This document shows, in pieces, positions 28,311-38,083 of a stretch of 64,000 nucleotides of DNA. Position 1 is the stretch's first letter, and each line of letters begins with the position of its first letter. A program made the translations under genes and the position numbers. The notes below the pieces were generated by a model that saw only the letters and a list, made by a program, of their open reading frames with translations, had not been told where the DNA came from and ran no database searches. The stretch is from Candidatus Hodarchaeota archaeon (GTDB taxonomy: Archaea; Asgardarchaeota; Heimdallarchaeia; Hodarchaeales; Hodarchaeaceae): the NCBI GenBank assembly GCA_016840035.1, contig JAEOTC010000121.1, positions 1-64,000 on the forward strand, in the 5' to 3' direction.

Positions 28311-30761
28311 TTAATTTGTTCTACGACGTTTTCGTGAAATATAGTATGAAAATCCAGAGGCAGTGATGACTACAGTTATCAGCTCAAACCCAGGTGCAGA
28401 TTTTTTCATTTCTGCAGGTGTGATCTTCTTCACAACTAGGCCTTTTTGCTTAACTTCATTATCACTGACTGTGTCGTTATACTCCTGATCTAGGTCGAAA
28501 CTAAGTGCTGTAGCTGAGAGCTTGGAGATAACTACTCTTAGAGTACCGTTATAAAGAGCGACTTGTCGTTCTACATCAGCAAATAAGTAAGATGTATCAG
28601 ACACAGTTAGGATCAACATGGTCTGCCATGCTTGGAGGTCGTCAGAGCCAGACCTATAGGTTCCGAAAATATCTAAGTCACGCAGATTTCCACCATGAAC
28701 ATGAATTCTATTCTCAAATGTAACATTGAGACTCGCTGTTGTAGAATAATTTCCGATGAGATACACAGTAATATTATAAATACTGTTTCGATCCAAATCG
28801 AGAGGAATTCCGAAAACTTGATCATCATCAATTGTCTGTTCGCTGTTTACGTCGAATTCATCTGTACTACTGATCTGTGATTGTGGTATGAATGTACCTG
28901 CGAAGCCTGTAGGTGCAAATGCCGAGGAAAACGCTGAGAATGTCAATGGAGCCCATGATTGATCAATTGCCTCATTGGTGCTGATTTCAAGAGTCCCTGC
29001 GAATTCTGTCAGGGGGCTTGTTAAATTTTGAGCTGAAGTTGGATAGACTACAAGAATTGGTGTGTCATAATCTCTTGTTGGTAGATACTGACTGATGACT
29101 GAATTGTTTGAAGTAGGCCATGCATCCCACACTCCGTTCATTTCACGATTTCCCAGTTGTACACTGCTAGAACCAGTTGTGACAAGTTCATTGTATTTAC
29201 TTACAACGGTGTATGAGTAAGTAATTGACTGATTTATATGGTCGGTTGTTGACAGATTAACAAAATTGACACGATTCTTTGTTAATGGTAACTCTATTGC
29301 AAAAATACTATCCTCATCGACTGTATAAGGTAAAGCTCCCGGGGATTCAACCTGTACTTTATTCACACGAATTTCATCATCGACATTGAAGTTAGAGAAT
29401 TCAATTGCGTAAGATCCGCTAGGTAGGTAGCGCCAAGCTCCTCCAAAGAAATTCTCGTTCGCTTCATAAAACCATTGACCTGGACCTACTTCAACATACA
29501 CATCATAATCGAATCCGATTGATGAATTGAATCTAAGAACAGCAGGAGAATTCAACGTGAATTCGTAAAAGATAGAGTGCTCTGGGGCAATATCTACGTT
29601 GAAATCAAGAGGCTCTGTTTCTTGGACAGTAAATGCAGAAATCTCTTGGAAGAAGATAGAATACGTGCCATGAGCTTCACCAGGAGAATACATGAAAAGG
29701 ATTACACCTTCATCTTCAGTTGCGCGAACAGATAATCCTTCTTGATCAAGGGTGCCGGAAATGACTTCAAAATGTTCACCTAATAAATTAGTAATGGGTT
29801 GACTGCTTAAAACACCTGGTTTAACCTCTTCCATCTCAAAAACGGTATTTATTCGATAATATTGGTCTTTTTCGAAGGTTAGATTAAACATTCTAAGACT
29901 AAACATTTCATTTGTCGGTTCCACTAATTGATCAGTACTATCGTCAATGGTCCATGGTTCTCCTTGGTCGAATTCTTCTGAAAAGATAGTATTAACTTCT
30001 AAGTCAGGAATCCAGGAGGGAAACTCCCATTCATGTGGAGTGAGGGTAACTAAAGTTGAATCATTAGTACTCAGTGTGAATTGCTGAATACCCCCAACTA
30101 TAGGAATAAACGGATAAGTCATCCTACTTTCAGGTACACCAACGGTGTATCCACCTTGTGGATACGCAGATGAAAACCAAAGATTACCCATTGCTTTACT
30201 GTTACTAAATGACACATCGAGAAAGAAACTGTCATTAGTTTGAACATATCCAGTATAAAGGGTACCTCCCTCTGCGAAGAATGTTGACGCATAGTCCTCG
30301 TGGAGTGAAATTGAGGCTTTCTGAGAGGCTAAGAATTCCGCATCCTTACTAGATTCTATTCTTACAGCACGAGGATACAACACACTATCAAAGAAATTAT
30401 GCTGGGAACTGCGAGTATCATCACTTAGTAGTGAGGAACTACCAATTAGTTCCCCTCGAGTGAGCGATCGATCATAATCATTGAAGTTATTTGATCCCAC
30501 ATCTGTATACTGCGCCGTTCCTGACGGACCACTCCCACCAAGATAGTATACATTGTAATAATTTGTCCCTGGGGGAATTGTATAATAATCCCAATCACCA
30601 TAAGATGCTGGATACGATTCAGGACGATAGGTATCTTCTACATCATCAACGGAGACTATAGGGGTTTGATCAGCTGCAACACTTAGGGGTGAAAGGAAGA
30701 GAATTACACCCGCAAAGATACAGAAACTGACCAATTTAAGCTTGTTATTTATTTTTTTCAT
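28311..30761 (-). CDS. Secreted beta-rich cell-surface protein with PGF-type anchor
   Basis: Signal peptide, acidic beta-rich body, APGFE-TM-RKRRR. Confidence 0.75.
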   Translation of the reverse strand: MKKINNKLKLVSFCIFAGVILFLSPLSVAADQTPIVSVDDVEDTYRPESYPASYGDWDYYTIPPGTNYYNVYYLGGSGPSGTAQYTDVGSNNFNDYDRSLTRGELIGSSSLLSDDTRSSQHNFFDSVLYPRAVRIESSKDAEFLASQKASISLHEDYASTFFAEGGTLYTGYVQTNDSFFLDVSFSNSKAMGNLWFSSAYPQGGYTVGVPESRMTYPFIPIVGGIQQFTLSTNDSTLVTLTPHEWEFPSWIPDLEVNTIFSEEFDQGEPWTIDDSTDQLVEPTNEMFSLRMFNLTFEKDQYYRINTVFEMEEVKPGVLSSQPITNLLGEHFEVISGTLDQEGLSVRATEDEGVILFMYSPGEAHGTYSIFFQEISAFTVQETEPLDFNVDIAPEHSIFYEFTLNSPAVLRFNSSIGFDYDVYVEVGPGQWFYEANENFFGGAWRYLPSGSYAIEFSNFNVDDEIRVNKVQVESPGALPYTVDEDSIFAIELPLTKNRVNFVNLSTTDHINQSITYSYTVVSKYNELVTTGSSSVQLGNREMNGVWDAWPTSNNSVISQYLPTRDYDTPILVVYPTSAQNLTSPLTEFAGTLEISTNEAIDQSWAPLTFSAFSSAFAPTGFAGTFIPQSQISSTDEFDVNSEQTIDDDQVFGIPLDLDRNSIYNITVYLIGNYSTTASLNVTFENRIHVHGGNLRDLDIFGTYRSGSDDLQAWQTMLILTVSDTSYLFADVERQVALYNGTLRVVISKLSATALSFDLDQEYNDTVSDNEVKQKGLVVKKITPAEMKKSAPGFELITVVITASGFSYYISRKRRRTN

Positions 30762-30958
30762 TGGATTTTTCCTTCTTTAATCAAAATGACATGCATCCTC
30801 ACGGAATTGTGTTATAAATAGCTTAAGAAATAGAAAAATTGATTGTTACATCTATGAATTTAAAATGCAAAGAAAATGTTGATATAATCATCAAAACTAC
30901 TAAACTTCCTCTTCGTTTAGTACAAATCCTTGAAGTCAATGGAAAATCACTTATCTGT

Positions 30959-32446
30959 CTATTGTTTCATTTTCCGACGTCTATAGAAAATGTACACTAA
31001 TAAAGCTAAAATCGATATGAATTCTCCCGCATAACTTGCCGCCCCAGGACCTTCATCATCGGTAGTAGTTGCGGTTTCATCTGTGGTAGTAGAGGGCTTT
31101 TCTAATTTAAGAAATTCTTCAAATGATAAAAGCAAATGAATATGGTCAATTAAAAATTGATTTTCATAGTCTTCACTTGATGTATAATATCTCGAGTTTG
31201 CTGTTGCAAAATTAGATCGCACCATTCCGAGGGTATAATCTGCAAAATTTCGTTTTTGCTTGAGGATGTTTGTTCGAATATATAACAGCTGATCGTTAAG
31301 AATTAAAATTGAGGAAAGATCAGAAGCGGTCTCATTATAACTAAATGCTACGCTCCAATCCTGTTGTAAGAAAACATCTGTAATATAATTATATAGTCGA
31401 TTGGTTAGCATAGAAATTTCTTGAACTGAACCTAATAAGGATTCTAGATTATTTAACGCTAAGAACATATTCGATTGATGATGACTGTAAAACAAATCGG
31501 AAGAAGACGTTAAATTAGCTTCAAACTTGTGAGGTAATCCAATTGTGGAATCAGTGAGTGTTTCTAGAGTTTCTAGTAAAAGGGTTGCCTGCTCTGTGGT
31601 AGAATTAAACATAAAGATGATGGGGTGCTCAATAGTTTTTCCGAGCACTTGACAAAAGAGAATTTGATGTTCTGTGAGTAATTGAGAATCATTGAATGGA
31701 TTGAAGGTACCTGTCTCATTATTGTATCCAGAGCTAACATTCTCCCAGAGTTGTTTACTAAAATTACGATATACTTGCAGGGAGTGTGCTTGCAACGGGA
31801 TATTTGAAGAGGGGTAAGCTACTAAGCTTCTCAAGGCTAATATTTGAAAAACGAGGTCTTCAGACAAAAAGGATGATTTATTCCAAAGATTATAAGTGTT
31901 GAATACGATTTCCCGACCAAGATCCCACCATTCAGAATTTTCTTCGAATTGGCTTAAGATCCACACTAATTCAAATAATTCTAGATTTGTTATTGTTTGT
32001 GATCTGTTAATTGTACCATTAACTATGACAGGATTTATCAGAGAGCGATTGGAGGCAATAAGCGTGTTTATTAGTGATTCCACTTTTGGAATTGAGTCTG
32101 TTAAGTATGTTTCAGTATCTAGAGGGAGAGTTGTCACCACTTGGGTTGTTGTGCTTATTTCTGTGGTGGTGGTTGTCATCGGTGTTGTGGTAGTTGTTTC
32201 ATTATTGTTGTTATTACTTGGAGAATCGAAGTTGATGATTGACCCTCCGAGCACTAAACTTGTTGATACTACAAGAATTATGATAACAGCAATGATTCTG
32301 AGTGGAAGTGTTCTTTTTGGTTTAAAGATTATAGGAGGTTTCCCATCCTTCATCTGAGATATAGATTTTCGACTTTGTGCAAGATATTCGTCCAAGTCTT
32401 CGTGTGATGGTGCTTCAAACCCTTTCTTTCCCCGAATATCACTCAT
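30959..32446 (-). CDS. Membrane protein with N-terminal TM, helical ectodomain and C-terminal anchor
   Basis: Cytoplasmic N-terminal 45 aa, TM, Asn/Thr stalk, helical domain with many NxS/T sequons, Thr linker, TM-RRRK. Confidence 0.7.
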   Translation of the reverse strand: MSDIRGKKGFEAPSHEDLDEYLAQSRKSISQMKDGKPPIIFKPKRTLPLRIIAVIIILVVSTSLVLGGSIINFDSPSNNNNNETTTTTPMTTTTTEISTTTQVVTTLPLDTETYLTDSIPKVESLINTLIASNRSLINPVIVNGTINRSQTITNLELFELVWILSQFEENSEWWDLGREIVFNTYNLWNKSSFLSEDLVFQILALRSLVAYPSSNIPLQAHSLQVYRNFSKQLWENVSSGYNNETGTFNPFNDSQLLTEHQILFCQVLGKTIEHPIIFMFNSTTEQATLLLETLETLTDSTIGLPHKFEANLTSSSDLFYSHHQSNMFLALNNLESLLGSVQEISMLTNRLYNYITDVFLQQDWSVAFSYNETASDLSSILILNDQLLYIRTNILKQKRNFADYTLGMVRSNFATANSRYYTSSEDYENQFLIDHIHLLLSFEEFLKLEKPSTTTDETATTTDDEGPGAASYAGEFISILALLVYIFYRRRKMKQ

Positions 32447-32471
32447 ATCCTTACATCAGCCATCATTTTCG

Positions 32472-33275
32472 TCATTGGAGTAATTTTGTACAGAAAATGT
32501 CAATTTCTGTAGAAAAGGGATGTTCCTTTTCATCTAACACATAAATCCTTTCGGTTACAAAGGGAATCCTTGGGAAAGTGTGAAGAAGAGGAATGGAGGT
32601 TGAGCTTTCCTCGAGGCATTTGGTAATACCCAGGATATTCACCTTAACTAAGTTTACATCTAATGGATTAGGGGTATGTACTAAGTCTTCTATCTGTTCT
32701 ACTTGATTCATAATTGAAAAGAGCTTTGCTCCTTCAAGTTTTGAATAGCATTCTGAAATCACTAAACGTAAACCAGATATTTCTGATTTTACAGGACGAG
32801 TAACTACCATAATTTTATCCGAAACAACCAAAGCGTCAAGTGATCGATAAGTGATTCCAGGCATACAATCGAAGATGAGAAAATCAAACTCTTGTGAGTT
32901 ACAGTACCTGATAAATTCAAATAATTTAGCAAGAATTCTCCCTTCACCATGCTGGGTTAACTTCGTGCGAATTTTGGATTCTTTCTGCTGTAAAATTTCG
33001 ATATTTGAAAAAACACAATGAAAATTATCCATATTAGTCGAGTTAATCACTGATTCTGGTCCATGATCACCCACGAGAAACCCAGTAAATGATTTTGTTG
33101 CGTGAGAAACTGAAAAGGTACTCGAAGCGAATAACGACTGATGTGATGGTGCACGAAGATCAAAGTCGACTAAACAAACCTTTTTACCTGACAGAGCGAG
33201 TTTTACTGCAGTATTTACTGAAAGAAGAGTTTTTCCTACTCCTCCTCTATAACTGTGAAAGGTAATTGTCTCCAT
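32472..33275 (-). CDS. ParA/MinD family ATPase
   Basis: HSYRGGVGKT deviant Walker A, LVDFDLRAP, IFDCMPG, IMNQV. Confidence 0.88.
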   Translation of the reverse strand: METITFHSYRGGVGKTLLSVNTAVKLALSGKKVCLVDFDLRAPSHQSLFASSTFSVSHATKSFTGFLVGDHGPESVINSTNMDNFHCVFSNIEILQQKESKIRTKLTQHGEGRILAKLFEFIRYCNSQEFDFLIFDCMPGITYRSLDALVVSDKIMVVTRPVKSEISGLRLVISECYSKLEGAKLFSIMNQVEQIEDLVHTPNPLDVNLVKVNILGITKCLEESSTSIPLLHTFPRIPFVTERIYVLDEKEHPFSTEIDIFCTKLLQ

Positions 33276-33728
33276 CTAACTATTCACTCCTACAATTCGA
33301 TACCAGACTTCAGTTGCTCTGCTATCAGAGTCAATCTTTTCTCTTTTCTTCATTACAAAACCTTTTTGGGCTAAGAAATTAAGATATCTAGATTCTAAAC
33401 CCCTGCTTCTTGAGGTCATATCAGCAATTTCTTCGCTTTTTACCCAATCTTCCTTTTTTTGTATGGCCTTATACGTTTTGAAGATGCCAGGTCGTGATTC
33501 TTGAAGATTGATAATCTCTAAGCTAGAAGGCATTGCTATTACACCTTCTCTTTGAACTTCAGCCGGTTTCACTGAATCTTCCGACCGTATGTGTGTTGGG
33601 AGGGTAGAAGATGAAGCTAAATAGGTATCAATAGAATGTAGTTTTTGAGAAATCGTTTTCAATTCCGTCAAAATCTGTGACAGAATTGTCTTCAATTCCT
33701 GATCCTGTAAATTTGACATTTTCGACAT
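33276..33728 (-). CDS. Coiled-coil plus winged-helix DNA-binding protein
   Basis: N-terminal heptads (LKTILSQILTELKTISQKL); SEEIADMTSRSRGLESRYLNFLAQKGFV followed by a wing; stop abuts the ParA ATG. Confidence 0.75.
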   Translation of the reverse strand: MSKMSNLQDQELKTILSQILTELKTISQKLHSIDTYLASSSTLPTHIRSEDSVKPAEVQREGVIAMPSSLEIINLQESRPGIFKTYKAIQKKEDWVKSEEIADMTSRSRGLESRYLNFLAQKGFVMKKREKIDSDSRATEVWYRIVGVNS

Positions 33729-33755
33729 TCCCCTCTATCATCTTTTGCTTAATAA

Positions 33756-33779
33756 ACGTTGCGCAATGTTGCACAACGT
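33756..33779. promoter_or_regulatory. Inverted repeat upstream of the wHTH gene
   Basis: ACGTTGCGCAA-TG-TTGCACAACGT (10/11 match), GC-rich in an AT-rich spacer. Confidence 0.55.
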
Positions 33780-33853
33780 ATTAAAAATGACAAAAAAAAT
33801 ATTATTTACTAAAATAATCTTTGATCACATTCGTTTCTAATTATTATTAATGA

Positions 33854-33875
33854 AAGTGATATCTCACTATCACTT
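33854..33875. promoter_or_regulatory. Second perfect inverted repeat
   Basis: AAGTGATA-TCTCAC-TATCACTT. Confidence 0.5.
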
Positions 33876-33995
33876 ATCTACCTATTCAGAACAGTTTAAA
33901 AAAATATAAACCTTTAACATACGAAGAAATGCGAGTTTTGATCATTTTTCAATAAAACATGGAAATATTGATGAAAAGGGTATGGATGGCTTCCA

Positions 33996-34874
33996 ATGGT
34001 TGTGATAAGTCAAATCTGGATTCAACACCTAAACTGTACTCAGATAATCGGTCACTGTCATCTTAGAACGGGAAGTGAACTTGACCCTTTCTTAGGAGGA
34101 AGTATGTTTACTGCTTTGGAAGCTACTTTAGCAGATATTGAGCAAGAATTTAATTACACAATGAGTGGATTTTATGGATATAGAATCCCTGAAATCGAAG
34201 GGATGGGACTATTTACGGTTTCAGATAAAAATTTTAGAGTATATTTCTTATGTGAAGGGTTATACACCAAGGGGATTCCATATTTGGCAGGGAAAGCAAT
34301 TTCTAGTAAGGTAAAGATGCTTTTTGATCATCTTCAAGATAAATCGTATGCAACTTCCTGTACACTAGCTCACAAATTGGAACAAGGGTCATATTGGTTT
34401 GATCTGATGTGTTCTGTAGGATTTGGAGGAGAAATTTCAGTTGAAATGATCGATGAGATTTACCCCTTGAGAAGCGTTACGATTCATACTAAATCTCATC
34501 TACAAACAAATTTTACCAAGATTTTTCAGCTAGAATCTTCTCTATTAGGTTCGTTAGGGTATGGATGGAAAGAGAGAGATGATATGATTGCTTCAAAAAT
34601 TGAAGGAATTTTTAGAGAACCAGAGCGAAGCTACCTGTTTTATGTGACTATATTCAAGCAGATACGAGAATTCATACCTGCTTTCGAACCAAATACAGTT
34701 ATCTTAACTTACCAACCTTCTGCAAGTTCAAGAACTGAGAATGCTCTTGTGGCATTTCTGTCTGCAAGAGGTGATTCACTTGATATTCGATATTGTATAC
34801 CTGTAGTGAAGAGTTCGGGACTCGAAGGAACACCAACCAATCTCTTTTTACAAAACTTATTCCTGGATTCCTAA
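33996..34874 (+). CDS. Hypothetical protein, N-terminal longin-like domain
   Basis: ISQIWIQ...ELDPFLGGSMFTALEATLADI resembles the Asgard longin beta-beta-helix start. Confidence 0.5.
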   Translation: MVVISQIWIQHLNCTQIIGHCHLRTGSELDPFLGGSMFTALEATLADIEQEFNYTMSGFYGYRIPEIEGMGLFTVSDKNFRVYFLCEGLYTKGIPYLAGKAISSKVKMLFDHLQDKSYATSCTLAHKLEQGSYWFDLMCSVGFGGEISVEMIDEIYPLRSVTIHTKSHLQTNFTKIFQLESSLLGSLGYGWKERDDMIASKIEGIFREPERSYLFYVTIFKQIREFIPAFEPNTVILTYQPSASSRTENALVAFLSARGDSLDIRYCIPVVKSSGLEGTPTNLFLQNLFLDS

Positions 34875-34896
34875 TAAGTATCCTCTGTGGAGTATT

Positions 34897-35565
34897 TTAT
34901 GGATTTCCAAGGATTAGATTGAACAGCTTCAAGTAATCTTTTAATTGATACTTATAACCTCGACTAAGAGAAAGGTCAATAAAATCATCGTATTCAAAAT
35001 CATGGATAAAATCTCTAATATCCGAACAAATTGAGAAGTGGGGCTGTTGTTTAAGTGAAGAAATCCAATAAGAAGAATGTATTATCTCTGGGACTAACAA
35101 AACAACCCTAGGTATATCAACCGCAATGGGAACAGAAGTTTTTTTCTCAACCAATTTGATTAGATTCTTTGCTGTTTCCTTTAGTTGCTTTTCTGAATTT
35201 CCCTTTACTGCTAATACGTTCATACATTCAAGGTATGAGTAATAATCATCGAACTCCCTCCCATGCTTTGAATGGAATTTTTCAACAATCCCCTGTTTTT
35301 GAAGAAAATTATAGGAGATGATATGAATCGTTAATTCTACTGAATGAGAATTAATTAGCTTTTCTAAGTCGGTTGACCACCCAAATCTTTCTTTGACACG
35401 TGTTTCGATGTCTTTATCAAAATCGTATCCGTAAAAGGTACTATGTGGAGTAAACCACATAGTTGAATCGTCTTTTCCCATCTGAGTATGCTCCATGTCA
35501 ATGAAACATATTTTGAGCTTCTTACGGGCAGGTGGACTCTCATCCATTTCCATTCTCTCACTCAT
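34897..35565 (-). CDS. Hypothetical protein, possible degenerate Ras-like GTPase fold
   Basis: RKKLKICFI..MGK, STFYGYDF, VELTIH, YYSYL..VLAV, IPRVVLL in Ras-like order; the ORF track starts at 35649. Confidence 0.45.
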   Translation of the reverse strand: MSERMEMDESPPARKKLKICFIDMEHTQMGKDDSTMWFTPHSTFYGYDFDKDIETRVKERFGWSTDLEKLINSHSVELTIHIISYNFLQKQGIVEKFHSKHGREFDDYYSYLECMNVLAVKGNSEKQLKETAKNLIKLVEKKTSVPIAVDIPRVVLLVPEIIHSSYWISSLKQQPHFSICSDIRDFIHDFEYDDFIDLSLSRGYKYQLKDYLKLFNLILGNP

Positions 35566-35701
35566 AGTATTTTTTACATAGTTATAACTTAATTTGTAAG
35601 ACTTCTCTTTGCCATAAGAAGCATACTTATATTTATCAAACTGTAACATACATACAGAACTATTTCAGATATTATCTAAACCCAATTTCAAACGCCGTAA
35701 A

Positions 35702-37018
35702 TTGAAGGTATCAGTGACAATGGACACAGAAAACACAGTGAATTCTTCTTTTGAATCCTTGGAAAACTCAAATGAAACATCAAATCTTTCAGGTTATCTA
35801 TTAATTTGGATAGGACAATTAATATCAATTTTAGGATCAGGTATTGTACAATTCGCCATAATATGGTGGTTAACTGAAGAAACTGGTAGTACATTTGTGC
35901 TCGCACTAGCAACTTTTGTAGGATTAGTACCCATGGTACTTATTGGTCCGTTTTCAGGAGTATTAGCAGATAGATGGTCAAGAAAAAAAATTCTACTAGC
36001 AACTGATTTTTTCCAAGCTTTTGCTACAATAGGCCTTATTATCCTCTTTTGGTTGAATATTGCTGAAGTTTGGCATGTCCTCGTGTTAATTGCAATACGA
36101 GGGTCTTTTCAAGCGTTTCAAATGCCAGCAAGTGTTTCTATTGTCCCTCAAATGGTACCAAAAACTCAATTGACTCGAATTAATGGTTTAGGACAAATTT
36201 TCAATAATTTAATTTTCATAGTGAGTCCTGTCTTGGGAGCTATCATCCTAGAATACTATACTATTAATGTCATACTATGGGTTGATGTTATTACTTTTTT
36301 TATTGCAGTATTCACGCTTATTCTTGTAACAATACCGCCCATAATTGCACGATCACAAGAAGGAGCTAAACCTGAAAGTGCTTCATTCAAAGACCAATTT
36401 TTCGAAACATTTCACTATTTGAAGGAACATGGATGGTTACCGCTCATCTTTGGTTTTACCCTTGGGAATATCTTAATTAATCCATTGTTTAGCTTACTGC
36501 CATTATACATTAAGGAGGTGCATCTAGGAGGTGCATTTGAGCTCGCTATTATCATTGGTGTTTTTCAGGTAGGAAGTTTAGTAGCGTCATTCTTGATTGC
36601 AGTAAGTAATTTCTCACCAAAAGTTAGCACAATTGTTGGATTTGTTTTCTCAGCTTTTGTTGGATTATTTGTAATGGCATTGGCCCCTAAGGGTATCTTC
36701 GAAGTAATGGTTATAGGGGCATTAGTAATTGGATTTTCTGTCGCATTCATTGATGTAGGGATCATAACTTTGCTTCAAGTGCATATACCACAGGAATTGC
36801 ATGGTAGGATATTTTCGATCACTTTTACCTTAGTTAAATCTGTTTTACCAATAGCATTACTCTTCATTGGAGGTATTGCAGAATTTATTCCATTAAAAAT
36901 CATCTATCTAACTTGTCCAGTTTTAGGTGTCTTTTTAATCATTTATTTAACCTTTATAGCAAATGTTTCATCACTAGACACAAAATTAGCTGAATCTGTT
37001 CTCACTTCGCAAACATAA
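35702..37018 (+). CDS. MFS transporter (DHA3/MefA-like)
   Basis: GQLISILGS, GPFSGVLADRWSRKK, 12 TM, PQELHGRIFS. Confidence 0.9.
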   Translation: MKVSVTMDTENTVNSSFESLENSNETSNLSGYLLIWIGQLISILGSGIVQFAIIWWLTEETGSTFVLALATFVGLVPMVLIGPFSGVLADRWSRKKILLATDFFQAFATIGLIILFWLNIAEVWHVLVLIAIRGSFQAFQMPASVSIVPQMVPKTQLTRINGLGQIFNNLIFIVSPVLGAIILEYYTINVILWVDVITFFIAVFTLILVTIPPIIARSQEGAKPESASFKDQFFETFHYLKEHGWLPLIFGFTLGNILINPLFSLLPLYIKEVHLGGAFELAIIIGVFQVGSLVASFLIAVSNFSPKVSTIVGFVFSAFVGLFVMALAPKGIFEVMVIGALVIGFSVAFIDVGIITLLQVHIPQELHGRIFSITFTLVKSVLPIALLFIGGIAEFIPLKIIYLTCPVLGVFLIIYLTFIANVSSLDTKLAESVLTSQT

Positions 37019-37127
37019 CATTTAATCCATCATTCTCCTCCCTTTTTACTTACTACTTCAGGGAAATTACATTTATTTAACTTAAGGGGTAAGTTAACAC
37101 CAACAGATTATCATCCCAACCAGTATC

Positions 37128-38060
37128 TTGAGCGTTTGCTGTATGCCATCTGACCTCTCCTATAAGTTTATCCGTCGTTTAGTCAAATTTAGTGCCAGAA
37201 TCGGGTACAGACTAGAGGTAAAGGGAAGTGAGAATCTCGCGAATCATCTTGATGGATTGGGTGACGGAGTCATCTTTGCAGCTAATCATGAAAGTGTCAT
37301 CGACGCGTTTCTCATGGGATTAATTGTACCACCAGAAATATCTCGAGTCTTTTTCCTTGGAAAACAATCTGCCCTCTGGAGAAACCAAATCTGGGGAACA
37401 ATGATGGATTATTTCGGAGTTATTCCTGTTCAAAAGAAAAATAATGATGAAGCTATTCGTAGAGGTTTAGAGGTACTGCATAAAAACCAAGCATTAGGAA
37501 TTTTTCCAGAAGGACATATCAGATATTCCCGTAAAACTCTTGATGGTAAAGTGGGAGTTGCTAGATTTGCTTTTGAAACTGAATCTCCAGTTGTTCCTGT
37601 AGGGATTGTAGGAACCGATGGTGTTCTTCCTTATGGAGGGAATTGGCCAAGTGCAGGAAAAAAGGTTACTCTTACTGTTGGTGAACCAATTTATCTGTCA
37701 TATGATTTTGATAAGTCTGATATTTATAGCTTAGGTGCCTTACGTCAAGCCACTGACCTTGTTATGTATAATATTCGACATTTAAGTTCAGGTTATGGCG
37801 TCAATCCCCATGATGCCTCAAGTTTAAAGAGTATGAAGGGGGTTGATAAAATTCTAATACCACGCAGAAGAATGCAAGTACTTCGTTCTCAACAGTTACT
37901 TCAAAGCCAGAAGAAAGATGTTGTGGATCATTTCACAGAGTGGATGTCTTCACTTGAAAATGATTGGGAGAGAAATCCCGCAAATGAAGAAATCAGTCGG
38001 CCTATTCCGGCAAAAGGTGCTAGCGAAGAGTTTCTTGGATGGTTGAACGATCAATTATAA
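37128..38060 (+). CDS. Lysophospholipid acyltransferase (PlsC family) with C-terminal extension
   Basis: ANHESVID, IFPEG, PVVPVGIVGT. Confidence 0.88.
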   Translation: MSVCCMPSDLSYKFIRRLVKFSARIGYRLEVKGSENLANHLDGLGDGVIFAANHESVIDAFLMGLIVPPEISRVFFLGKQSALWRNQIWGTMMDYFGVIPVQKKNNDEAIRRGLEVLHKNQALGIFPEGHIRYSRKTLDGKVGVARFAFETESPVVPVGIVGTDGVLPYGGNWPSAGKKVTLTVGEPIYLSYDFDKSDIYSLGALRQATDLVMYNIRHLSSGYGVNPHDASSLKSMKGVDKILIPRRRMQVLRSQQLLQSQKKDVVDHFTEWMSSLENDWERNPANEEISRPIPAKGASEEFLGWLNDQL

Positions 38061-38083
38061 GAAAACAATTTGGGGAGTTTAGC

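Noticed and set aside
33856-33873. Match to the Thermococcales TGM motif (TATCAC-N5-GTGATA)
   Set aside because: The arms are in the opposite order with different spacing, and the site is not at sugar genes
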